A DNA stretch of 63,803 nucleotides, filler included, from Collodictyon triciliatum (lineage: Eukaryota): NCBI GenBank assembly GCA_043381765.1. It is 8 parts of 8 records of this genome, joined end to end, with 100 filler letters (N's around TTAATTAATTAA, not from the genome) between each part and the next. Parts side by side here need not be neighbours in the genome. Positions count along the whole stretch, not along the records: positions 23,982 to 31,871 come from JBHJMP010003692.1; positions 31,972 to 39,856 come from JBHJMP010003695.1; positions 39,957 to 47,837 come from JBHJMP010003696.1; 5 more parts are not named here. The stretch is one strand, 5' to 3'. Below, in pieces: positions 27,901 through 40,209 of the stretch. The translations under genes and the position numbers were made by a program. A model generated the notes under the pieces. The model made no database searches. It saw only the letters and a program-made list of their open reading frames with translations, and had not been told where the DNA came from. The stretch's first letter is position 1. Each line of letters opens with the position of its first letter.

Positions 27901-30900
27901 TTTTTCCTTTATTTGATTCAAAGAATTCATACATAAATATTAACCAACCTTTGCATAAGAGTAAGAATTGTGGCAGACAGAAATTTTTCCGTTCTCGATT
28001 CTCCTGGAGAGATTTCTTGCGTACTTAGGTCCTATGTGTTTGTGCATAAAAATATTCGTTTATATTTGCTTCTTGGTCTCGCATTTTCTTCATCCAATTA
28101 TTGAAAATAAAAAAGAAAGAATACATAAAGTCCCTCACTGATAAAGCCTGAATATATTTGTGATTACCCTCCCCAAATATTTCAAATAGCTTTTTGGATG
28201 ATTCGGTGACAATACCAAAGGCAGGTCCATTACTGATACCAATTCTGAAGAGTGCCTTGTCGGATGATTAAGGTGTCAAAGATATATTTGAATCGAATAA
28301 AGGGTGTAAAAGTGTCAAAGATATAATATTCAAATTTTTTGAGATAGAAACGATTTCACGTGTCAAAATACATGTTGTTTCGTCGTTTCATGGTTCGCTT
28401 GTATTTTAAGAGCAGCTTTGCAGGCTCTCAACACAGAACTTCGAGCGGCTTCTCCAAATAGACCGCAAATACCCTGATATTTGTCCGTTCGGGGTTAATG
28501 AAGTTGTCGAAAGTGGTGTTATCACTGTAATCAGTTCTGGAATTATCTTTTGGAGCTATATATGCATTGCTTACTGTGTATTGTAGCCCTGCATCGTGAT
28601 GTGGGAGGAAAAAAGTAGTCAAATCATATAATGTGATTATTTTTTGCGGTATGCATTTCATCTACTCACCCAGTGTGGATATTTTCTCGATTTTGTATCT
28701 GGATATGTATCCAACGAAGTTAGTCGAGAAATTAAAACATGCGCGATTAAAAACGTGTTGCAATTCCTTACTTGGTCATGATCGAATCCAACCGGCTAAC
28801 GGATGGTACAGAATGAGATATTAATTGAGTGGTTATTATTTTCTCGTTTTTTAGAGCATTTACGTAATATTCATAGTCTATCTCCCTACTGATTCCAAAC
28901 CGTTACCTGTGGATTTTTTGCAAGTGGCGAATAAAATCTTCAGGATCCTTTGTTTTTGTGTAATGAAATGGTAACTCTATTTGTATGAATATTGTTGTGC
29001 ATTCCAAGGAATAGTAAGATGGGGCTGTGCTCGATACAGAGTCTATCATTTTTTCAGCAACAGGTCTATGTTTGATTTGAAAGAAAAAGTACTTTAGCAC
29101 TATAATTCACGTGCAACCAAAGGGAGTTATTCAAAAAAATGTCAATAATAAATCAAACTAACTACTTTGGATAAATAGAAAGTAAAATATCCATCGTTTT
29201 ATTTTTCTCTGTTTCTAAAATGACTTTTTGCTGCTCGATGACTTTGTTGGTCATAAATATTCTAATAATGTGAATTAATTGTTCAAGAATAGCCCAATAT
29301 TGCATAATTGGTTTTTTAAAAGGAAAAAATAGCCATAGAGTTTCTCACTGCCGATCATATTTCTCCAGAACATAGCAGGCAAGGACTTGACTAGACCCGA
29401 CCACTGTCATTACCAGCCACAATCTCAAACAAAGCAAAAGAGATGAAGATATGAAGATATTCAGCAGGGAATATGCTGTAGATATCACAACAGTCCAAAA
29501 AGCAGAGTTCAAGAATGGAGTTCTTGTCACGTTGAGAAATATCTAAAAAGATCCAATTATTTTTTTAGAAAAAAAAAAGGTGGGGCATACATATGTGTGT
29601 CCAAATAGCATCCCTATATTTTCCATTATCGTTGCTGTTGATTAGCAATACCATGATGTACAGTTGATTCAAAACTGATGGATTTAGATTATTGGTCGCT
29701 ATATTAGATGCCATGACTGTGAAAGCGCTTGTAAGGTATGCAATCAAGACGTTCAATTTGAAGAACCTATGGTATAGATATCTTTTCAATTTCAGAACAT
29801 CAAAATAATAACTTTTATTTACGTAATGAGTATCACTTCTGAGCTAGTTTATCTGTGATAATTCCAAGCAGAAGCATCATAGCGATAATACCACACAGGC
29901 CGTAAGATAGTGCTGAAATCATGTGCCTATTTTATTTCGATTTTTTTCAGAAACATCACAAATTATCAAAGAAACAAACTAATGGCAATATGTTCAACAA
30001 AGCTATATCAGAAACAAACCCTTGGTAGTATTCGCTCGGAACAAAAGAAAAGCACCCCAAAATAAACAAAACAAAAAGAGCGCGAATCGGCTTTGCCATC
30101 TTTTTAGGTATCATCTCCATGTACATTCTTTCGTCCTCTATATTACTAAACCTAAATAGAAAAATAAATATATGAGTACGATTTTATACTTTATCACCAT
30201 ATGTTATTTAAAATAAATAGAAATAGAAATAGAGAGTGTGTGAGAGTAGAATGCAAGGTTGACTCCAAGAACCGTAGATGACCGCCATAATGAAAGAATA
30301 CATACTTCAATGTCCAGACATGAATTTTGGAGGACCACCCCGCATCCAAGTCGGTATTCAGAAAGAAACGAGCAACCTTATGTGCCTCACTCTCTGTGTG
30401 ATGGTCACCAGTCTCGCTGGCCCCGAAGTTGACCGACGAGGCGTGGATACTCTGCTGGGACGCATCTGCGTGGGACTGAGCAACTCTCAGCACCATGTAC
30501 TTCCCTTTGCGCTCCGCCGTGGCAAACTTTACGCCGCTTCGGCCGGACTTTGAACTCACGGTCTCTGCATCCGCCCCATCGGCCCCGAGTGACTTGCCTT
30601 TGCGCTTGGCAGGATATCCCCTGTGAGAATGGCCGGATGACGATGCTCCGATGACAGAACCCTCTCCGTTCTCACTCTTTTCGATGCCGGGCGCAGCGTA
30701 TTTGTTTGCTCCTCTGGGCACAGAACTCATGTCCTTCCTGTCAGATGTGTCTCTTTGTATCGGACGTGGTGCCTCGCTTGTTCGTGGGTTGCTTTTCCTG
30801 CTGCTGCCGTGGCCGATGGAGAGGTGTAAACACGGGAAGAAGGAATGATGGAGCTGACAGATTCGTTCATCACACGAGAGTCTGGGATTGAGGGAAATCG

Positions 30901-31119
30901 CCACAGACTCCTATTCGCCCAAGCAGACGAAGGAATGCCTTCGACAAGAGCGGCTGAGTGATTTTCTTGCACTTGGCTATGTGATGCGTGCGGTATCAGA
31001 TTACTCTCTCCTATTCTGGAATATATGGAAATGTCGTGGCTAACTTTCTCGGCTGGAACGGATACTGTCCATTTATGGAGACCGTTGAAGCTCTCTTTGT
31101 CGCTGGTGAGTTCCCTCAT
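24971..31119 (-). CDS. Transmembrane class III adenylyl cyclase-like protein (TM block, C1, TM block, C2), multi-exon
   Basis: C2: ITIAYIDICSFT, VEFIKSCGDTYI/VAGV, FRVAVNTGPCMGGVIG/KSRFSFDIWGET/VNHAYYLQ. C1: FRIGISNGPAFGIV...FEIFGE. Two hydrophobic multi-TM blocks (26823-27377 and 29345-30120). Confidence 0.85.
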
Positions 31120-31455
31120 TTGGATTAAATGTTCATTTTGCCAATTATGGTGTGTTTCGGGTAATTTAGCTTAATGATTGCGCCTGAATTCGTCACGATG
31201 ACTTCAGTACCTTGTCCTAGATAATTTTTCATGTCTTACGATACATAATGTATTTTTTTGTTGTATTGTGCCGTTAGTATACTTACATGTTAATAAATAT
31301 GTGTAATACAATATGTATAAATTATATTCCATAAATGTATAAAATGATCTAAGCCCACGAATCTCGCGCCCTGTTCTTCCTCTGAACGCGCAGCTCCGCC
31401 TCCAGATTGAATCGCGTCTTGTGAACCGAGCTGCAGAGCCAGAACCGACACAACG

Positions 31456-31638
31456 ATGGGAAATCAACCCGGCAAAGGTGGGAAGCATGGAAAGTTCGAG
31501 CAGGCGAAGCAGGAGGACGATCGTTTCGAGCTGCACAAAGCAGCGTATATGGGCGAGGCTGATCTTGTTCTGCGGCTGCTTCAGAAAGGATCGCCCCCAA
31601 ACGCCCGGGACGAGGACGGCCGGACGCCTCTTTACTGG
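31456..31638 (+). CDS. Ankyrin-repeat protein, first exon (rest lost at contig end); possible N-myristoylation (MGNQ)
   Basis: ELHKAAYMGEADLVLRLLQKGSPPNARDEDGRTPLYW followed by a GT donor. Confidence 0.8.
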
Positions 31639-31750
31639 GTGACGACTTTATTGCTTGCAGAGCTTTCGATCTATTTTTGATCATTCACACCTCGCAGTTT
31701 TTTTAATTGAATCTTTGAGCAAGAAAAACAGAGCCGCAAACTGCAAGACC

Positions 31751-31871
31751 ATCATTATCATTATCATTATCATTATCATTATCATTATCATTATCATTAT
31801 CATTATCATTATCATTATCATTATCATTATCATTATCATTATCATTATCATTATCATTATCATTATCATTA
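31751..31871. repeat. (ATCATT)n at contig end
   Basis: Tandem hexamer. Confidence 0.95.
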
Positions 31872-31971
31872 NNNNNNNNNNNNNNNNNNNNNNNNNNNNN
31901 NNNNNNNNNNNNNNNTTAATTAATTAANNNNNNNNNNNNNNNNNNNNNNNNNNNNNNNNNNNNNNNNNNNN
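31872..31971. other. Artificial contig-joining linker
   Basis: N-run, TTAATTAATTAA, N-run. Confidence 0.98.
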
Positions 31972-32325
31972 AAGAAGATAAAATAAAATTATAATGAAGT
32001 ATTGCGATATAGCACCCTATCGATAAGCCACACACATTATTACTTTCATGACTATTGGCAGATATAACTTTGGGATGCAAGCTGCGTTTGAAAAGTCATT
32101 TGGATGTGAGCTGATGCTTAAATAACTATCCATTCCATTATTTAGGCTGATGGTTCTTTTTCACTAGAACTCGCCTTTTGCACCAGCGCAGACTATGGGG
32201 AAATAATATATTTAGAAATCATTTACTTAGAAAAGAAAAAAAGAAAAAACAAATAACGAAAAGTGCAAAGGATTCAATGTTGATGTATTCATATAGATTG
32301 TCTCATCATAGTTTTACAAGAAGAA

Positions 32326-32396
32326 GCGCTCGTGGTCTAGTGGTATGATGATCGTCTGCCACGCGGTCGACCCGGGTTCGATTCCCGGAGAGCGCA
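32326..32396 (+). tRNA. tRNA-Gly(GCC)
   Basis: GCGCTCG...AGAGCGCA acceptor (6/7 paired), D loop AGTGGT, anticodon loop CTGCCAC, T arm CCGGG-TTCGATT-CCCGG, downstream oligo-T. Confidence 0.9.
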
Positions 32397-33671
32397 TATT
32401 TTTGATGTCTTGCACCCTCGCTCAGTCCTTGCTGGTAGCCTTATCTTTCGCCTTACCTTTTTTTTTTTTCTCCTTGTCCTCTCTTATCCTTCTACGCCCC
32501 TTCCTCGATTCCTGCCAGCCTCGAATTTTCGAATCCAAATCACCACCACCATACTCATGATAGTATAACACATCGAACTCGATGCGTGTCTGCATGTTGT
32601 CTACTGAAAGTGTCTGCGGAAGCGCGCCATGATGTACGCCTTCGCTCTGTGTTATATGCTTCTTTTTCTTTTAAATACATCAGTTTAATATCCCCATATA
32701 TCAGGAATCATATATACTGTCATGCCAACCATGAAGCCCATTTCAGTTCGTGCGAGAAGCTTCGGATTGGTCTTATGAACGACTCCGTAAAATAGTGCTT
32801 TACATATCTATTACGAAAAAGAATATCACACTCTTGTTTGGGGACTGCAATAACAGCTTATTCAAAAGTTTACATTTGTCGAGGTATGCTGCCCGCACTA
32901 GAAGTAAGGAATTACTGCCTGAAGTGTTTGTCTTTGTGTTGTCTGTGAACGAAAAGGAAAAAGTAGCCACATCGACAATCTGCACACTAGTTTTTTCTTC
33001 TCATTCCAGCGCAATCAGGGAGCTCACCTACTGGAGCAATACCTCTCCAATTGCACAAGCCGCCATTAATATGGCTGATATGTAGTCGACCGCTGTTGGT
33101 ATCTATGAGATTTGTGTATCTCGTCCACTGCGCCTATTTTTATCGGTATAGTATCTAGGTTTAATTATGAAATTTCGTCGTGGGAAACTGGCTTCCTGAT
33201 GTATTAGCAGACAAGGGACAGATGTATGTATCAGAAGTATTAATACGGACTGACGCCGCTCATATGTAATCCAATTAATCGTTCTTAGCCTCCGAAACTA
33301 TATATTCCAAATATGCTCAAAAAGATGACAGAAAACAAAACCGTTACAATTCAGAGTTGCCATCCAGATTCAGAAAAACAAAATCTCAACAAGCAGGAGA
33401 ATCGACACTTCTGGAAAATATGGAAAGCCAATGCGTCGGAATCAACAGAAGCCAAGAAAGCGTGGCCTCTGTTTGCTTCAAACCCACAAACTTCGCGTCC
33501 TGCGTGGTGTAAACAGGTTGGGAAAGCACATTCGTCGGCTGAGATGAAGATCTCTCGAGTATTCATGAGCCATTTCTTTCCGTCGATAAATGTGAAAAGA
33601 AAATTGCAAAGAATGAAACTAGTGCGCGAAGGCTCGCCCTGAACAATATCCTTGAAGATATTGGGCTTCGA

Positions 33672-33760
33672 GAAGAAAAGAAAAAGAAAAAGAAAAAGAA
33701 AAAGAAAAAGAAAAAGAAAAAGAAAAAGAAAAAGAAAAAGAAAAAGAAAAAGAAAAAGAA
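33672..33760. repeat. (AAAAAG)n microsatellite
   Basis: Tandem hexamer. Confidence 0.95.
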
Positions 33761-34301
33761 AGTTAAATTCAAAAAGAAAAGGTGGGGTTCTTTCTGCTTC
33801 TTCACACACTTGTTTTGTACTTTTCACTTTCTGAAAAACCATAAGTCGGAGGCGATACATTTGAGATAGAAGGCTTTGGATGTTGTGTACATGTTGTTCC
33901 CTTCCTTATTGCGGTTGATCTCTTCGTTGTTTTGAGTACTTTCCGTAGCGGAATTTGGAAGGATATATTAAATACACCCAACCACCCAAGATATGTTCTT
34001 CCCCCGTTCACTTACATTTCTCCTTTCATACACACATACTTTTTTCTGCATCATTTCCTTTCTTCTTCTCTTTTGTATTTCTATATTATCATATATTTAA
34101 TCATTCATCATCACATATCAAGAGCGACGACATTCGTACACATTCCTTTATATATTTATTATAATACAGTTGAAAATATTAAGAAGTTAACCCATTATTA
34201 TATATATTTATTTATTTATCTATTTATTTATCTATTTATTATTTATTTCATGAGGTATCACACAAACAACCCACACTGGCCAACTATAGCCCAATCTCCT
34301 G

Positions 34302-37300
34302 ATGGACGCTAGCAAAGGGTTCTCCTTGGATCTGAATGTCCCGCTTCCAAGTGAGGCCCAACTGGTTCAACCGCCAGACAGCACAAATAGTCGCCCGTTG
34401 CGACACATCCATAGTATTACTTGAAGTCTATTTGATTCGTTATTTCTTTAAACTGTGAATATGCGACTTTTTGTGCAGCGTTTGTCATTTACCTAACTTC
34501 TCCTCCCCTCTCAAACATTGTTGCACTATTGGCCCACCCTAACATAATTCTTTTTTTTTTCGCGTAACATGTAAAAAGATCCACCGCACAAACACATCCA
34601 GTCACAATCGGGCCATGATCCTCGCCTACTAGACCAGGAACTAACAGGACAAACAAATGAGCATTCAAATGCAAACAGCGATATTAATTCATCACCTTTA
34701 TCTTCAGATAATGGCTCTGTCCCAAACAAGACAAGATTACCTCCATTACTAACGAAAAAAGGTATACACGATGTAAATATCGCCACAAAGCTGCACCAAT
34801 TCAATGAGTCGAAGGCAGCTCTGACTGATTTTTGCCACATGGATGATACTGAAAGAAAGGCAGTTCTGTCTGATTGCAATCGTCCACCTAGTACTGCTTT
34901 CGCACCAGGTCTGTGTAGCTATTACCCTTCATCTGAAAGGGCATAGTTAGCCGGCGCATCATGAATTCTTATTCGACTGATATTCTTTCATTATTCCTTA
35001 TTTAATAATATTTATTTGTACCTGGTAGTTTGATCACTACCATAAAACTATTTTAAAAAAATGAAAATGTTCCTTCATATATATAATTCACGAATACCCA
35101 CTACTTTCTTTCTGTTGGTAAGAAAATTGAACATACATCTCTCTTCCATGATGCAGATGAGCAAAACCGCTATCAAGATAGTTTAGAGATTTGTACCACC
35201 AGGCTATCACCTCGTATAACGTCTACCTCAGATAATGGAAGTTCTTCTGAGTTCGGAAAACCTGAAAAAGGTATTTTGTTTTTCTTTATCTGCAGAAATC
35301 TTGTTCCTATATATCTTCCAAAAACCCTTCATGAAAATTAATTTTTTTTATTTCAGATGAAATACACGAACTTCAGTTCAAAATCGCAACGAATGTGGTG
35401 AACAAGAGTAATCATGAATTGAGGCATTCTGATTCTTCAGATTCAACAAAAATTGCGCAAGACATTGTGGATAATGCAAAGGTAGTCAGCACTACACTGC
35501 AAAGCCCTGACCAAGGTGTCGATATGAATTCAAGATCCGCCTCTGTGAATGGTGATGTTAGTGATGAAATCAAAGGGGATGTAGAAAATGGCGATAACGG
35601 AGACGATGGTGCAAATGCTGGCGAGAATCAAGATGTTGAAGGAGAGGAGGATGTCCCGGCAGAAGATGAAGATGATTTTCCCTCTGAAGATGGGGGGTTA
35701 TCGAACGCATTTGCAGATGTTGTTGTAAAAGTTGAAAAAGAAGCAATGAAGAAAAATTCGGTGTGGATGGTAAGATATGATAATTTTTCTTCCCACAATA
35801 CTAATCATAAATTTGATTCGATATGACTCTAACAACATCAAACACAAAATGCAGGGAAAGTCACTTTGGCTGTTCTCAAAGGAAAACACTCTGCGGAGAT
35901 GGTGTATTTACTTAGTGCAACACTTGTAAGCCATTGAAGAAATCTTGCGTTTTGTTTACATGGATACTTTTGAAAAGACACGAAACGGGGCATGACGAGG
36001 GGTTATAATAAAGTGGCAAATAATTACGTCATTACAGATGGTTCGATCGGTTCATAACGCTCTGCATCCTTGTCAATTGTACGCTTCTTGCATCCAGAGA
36101 TCCACTGCAGCCCAAAGACTCGAGGCGGAATATGGTGTCCTCTCAAGTAAATGTTTTATGAATGATTGTTGGGCATTACGCGCAGTGCATTTTCCCATAT
36201 GAATAAATTTTTGTTTCTATTAGTCCGAGCACATATTTATCGCTGTGTTCGGAGCTGAAATGCTTCTAAAAGTGGTCGCATACGGATTTGCATTCGGAGA
36301 GGGAACTTACTTGAAAGATAGGTGGAACTGGATTGACTTTGTATCCACCTTAATAGGGTAAAATCTTTATACCAAGTTTACTGATGATAGAGTTATTTGT
36401 TTAAGCCAGTCAATTTGTTAAAGATTTGATGAATACCCCTAGATTTTTATCTTTGCTGCCGAATGTGGATAATTATTCGAGCATTCGAACTGTGCGGGTA
36501 CTGCGTCCTTTACGGGCTTTAGGTCGAATAAAGGTTGTAATTTTAAAGAATCAAATAAAATATGAGTAGAGTTTCGCAGTGTTTAACCCATGCAATTATG
36601 ATATTCAGATAGGTTTCAAGGAAAAATTAACGTCTAAACATATATGCATGAATCACTAGGGACTTCGTGCGATAGTTGATTCCATCATGCAGTCTGTTAT
36701 GGCACTTATTGATGTGCTGGTGTTAAGCATGTTTGTTTTCTCCATTTTCGGTGTATTCGGCCTTGAGCTTTTTTCTGGGGCTTTGAAGTACCATTGTGTC
36801 AGCAAGGAGACCGGTTTTTTTTTTAAAATTTTGGGAATACATATCTCTTTTCTTCCTTCTTATTTTCGTGTATTTTATTTTATTTTTTGGACCCTTACAA
36901 TTAAAAATTGGTTTACCCTCACAACTATACCTATAATGCTTCATATCATGCATTTATTCATTCACATGAGAGCAGGCGAAATAGAGGATGAGTCCTTTTC
37001 TTGCGGGGCGACATGGAGCGCTAGGTCATGTCCTGATGGTATCACTTACATCATTTGTATGTGAATTAATGTAGAACTCAAATATACAATGATACCAGAA
37101 TTGCGTTTCTTAAACAAGTATTTCATATTTCAAAAGGATATCGCTGCTTGAAAACATCGATAAACCCGGATGACGGGTACACCAGTTTTGACAACGTTGG
37201 GTCGGCATTCATTCTAATATTTCGAGTAATGTCTTTGGACAGTTGGTCGATGATTATGTATCAGGTATTTACAAAATAGACACGATTCATTAATTGAACT

Positions 37301-39856
37301 GCTTCGGCAAATATAAAAGCTATAAATAATAAACATAAATGAATCAGATACATTAACTTTTCTTAATTTTACCCTTAGACTATGGATTCGACTTCCAGCT
37401 TCAGTGTTGTATACTTTATTCTTCTCGTTGCTGTCACTTCGTTTTTTGTCATTAACCTAGCACTTGCCGTGATTACGAATTCATTCAATACTCTCAAGAA
37501 GGGAGGTAATATGAAGTTTTCTAAAGTTTATTCTCAATGTTACTGATTTTCTAATCAATGTGAATTATGTATGCTTATACGTACACTTATGTTTATGTTC
37601 ACACAGAGAAACTGGAAGATGACATTTCGAGCAACGGAGAACTTGGGTATATTTTCTCACCAGTCCCATGAATAAATAACAAAATAGGGAATATTTTATT
37701 TTTTCATGACTGTTAAAAACAACAACTAACAACAACAACAAAAACAAACAAAAATAACTAACAACGATCTAAATTACAAAAACCTTTCGAATGCAATTCT
37801 TGAAAAAGAGGGTCATCTATATGGAGTCTTGATAGTATGGAGCCCAGAAGCAATAATCCCATAATACTATTCTTTTTCAAGGTCAGCTAAGAGATCAACC
37901 TATATTATCATAAATTGAGCGAATATATGTCCATGAAAGACTAATTGGACTGCAATTATAAAAAAGATTGCAACAAGCTCAACCTTCAATAAAGTAACCT
38001 TGGCTATGATAATTTCAAATACAATATTCCTTGCACTGCAAACACCCTATATATCAGAGAGAAAAGCCATGATATTGGGTAGTGTACCTTTATTCCTTAT
38101 ACTAGGGATTTTAATTTATTGTTCTTATTTTATCCATCCATTTTTATGTCTTTGTACATTGCTGTAAGCTCCTTTTAATGTTCTGCTAGGAGAATTGCTT
38201 ACCAATAGATTATCAAGCATACCATATTTGATTGCTGTCATGATACTAACAATAAATAAATAAATAAATAAAAAACAGGTATTGGGAACATGATTTTTTC
38301 GTATTTCTTCTTTTTTGAAATGATTATAAAACTTATCGGATTAGGAATTGTTGAATACATTCGTGACAAGGTATCATCAATAAAATTCATTAAAATCAGA
38401 ATCATCTCTTCATCCTTTTCATACCAATACCAATACTTGAAATTTATAGTTCAACATATTTGACGGAGTAATTGCAATCCTGAGTATGGTTGAGATATGG
38501 CTGGTTGGGAGTGCTATCTTCACGATATTGAGGCTGTTTCGCTTGATTCGGGTTGCCAGGCTACTGAAGATTTTCCGGTACTTTTTCAACATTTATTTAT
38601 AGATATTAACACATTATCGTTATTTACTAAATCATGATACAAAATTAGAGCTTTCCAGTCCTTGCGTATATTATCTGCCACGGTCATCAAAAGTCTCGGT
38701 TCCGTTGCCAAGTTGTTGTGGATTATTTTGATTTTTATCGTAAGTTGATAAAAGAAATCATCATAATCCTATATTTACTCGATTGAAAAATAATTAAAAA
38801 TTGTTGCAGTTTATTTTTGCATTGTTGGGTATGGAACTATTTGGTGGAAAGCTTGACCCATTGGTTTATCGACCAAACTTTGACACTGTGTTTTCATCTA
38901 TGCTAGTTGTATTTCAGGTTTGTATGATACTTATTTTTATTCTGTTCTATTCTATTTTGTTGTTGGTATTCCTTCGGTTCATTTATCACACATCAAGCGT
39001 GTAATTTATTTTCATTTTTAATTAAAGGAACACTGATGATGTGTATGTGAAAAATTGTAATTTCTAGATACTCACACTCGAGGGATGGTCTGACATAATG
39101 TATGGTTGTATGAAATCCACAAGCGAAGCAGCGGCACTCTATTTTGTCATGCTTGTTCTATTTGGAAATTGTATCCTGATATATTATAGCTGTTCCCATA
39201 TTTATATCTACCTATGATGGTAAGAGTGATTAGTTGAATCAAGTTCCTTAATGGATTTCAGACATCATATTGTATCTATTTCTTGCCATCCTAATAACCA
39301 CATTCTCAACATTAAGTGATCAAGCAAGAGCTGCTCGAATTTCTTATTCATCGCAAGTTTTTATCTATTTTGCAAATTGAAAATTATGTGAATTACTAAA
39401 ATTCATCGTCTGTTTGCTAATAAAAGATAATATCAATAGATTCACAATCAGTAGAATATTCTCCTGGGTTCGCCCCAACCCGACATTTGTTACCCCTGTT
39501 AGTATCAATAATAATCATCATGATGAAAAATCAATACCGAGGAATGGCCAACCTGAGTTAAAAAAATCTCCAGTTTTAACAGCAGTAGGGGATATCGGAA
39601 AACATGTGTGATATTTTCCCTAAAATAACCTTAAAAGAGCCATTTAATGTTTTTATATTCCCTCTTCTCATTTTGATGATACCTTTGCTAATGTGTAATC
39701 GGTTCCTTTTCTCATGGCCACAAAATTTGTAGAGCGAGCCAATTACATAAAATCTTCATCCCCGCACACCTTTATAACAAATCCTTTTAATTTTGAATTA
39801 TGCAGGGGCATGATAGCTCATTGAGCATTAATCTAAATTTGATCAAAGATGACGGG
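34302..39856 (+). CDS. Four-domain-type voltage-gated Na+/Ca2+ channel alpha subunit, N-terminus through domain II (truncated at contig end)
   Basis: DI: WFDRFITLCILVNC, YLKDRWNWIDF, S4 IRTVRVLRPLRALGRIKGLR, GLELFSGALKYHC, NPDDGYTSFDN, pore FRVMSLDSW, S6 SFFVINLALAVI. DII: FNIFDGVI, S4 LRLFRLIRVARLLK, RPNFDT, pore FQILTLEGW, S6 LFGNYIILYLFLAIL. The start ATG at 34302 is inferred. Confidence 0.92.
39171..39261 (+). other. Candidate U12-type (minor spliceosome) GT-AG intron
   Basis: 5' site GTATCCTG, branch point TTCCTTAAT (39244-39252) ~9 nt before the AG, no polypyrimidine tract. Removal restores LFGN-Y-IILYLFLA. Confidence 0.8.
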
Positions 39857-39956
39857 NNNNNNNNNNNNNNNNNNNNNNNNNNNNNNNNNNNNNNNNNNNN
39901 TTAATTAATTAANNNNNNNNNNNNNNNNNNNNNNNNNNNNNNNNNNNNNNNNNNNN
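39857..39956. other. Artificial contig-joining linker
   Basis: N-run, TTAATTAATTAA, N-run. Confidence 0.98.
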
Positions 39957-40028
<72 letters not shown>

Positions 40029-40209
40029 CAAAACATAAAACAAGGAAGGAAAGCAGACAGGAAACAAAATCGAAATATAAAGAAAATAATAGAAGAGTCA
40101 AAGAGCCCCTTTTTTGTTTTGTTTTTTTTTTGTTTCTTGTTTTTATTTTATCTTATGTCATTATTATTTTTTTTTTACCGCGCACAGAGAGACAAGAGCC
40201 CGAGCCACG

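Noticed and set aside
33313-33670. Stop-codon reassignment or selenocysteine suggested by in-frame TAA/TGA
   Set aside because: Well-supported genes here end in TAA, TAG and TGA and have no internal stops, so the standard code applies.
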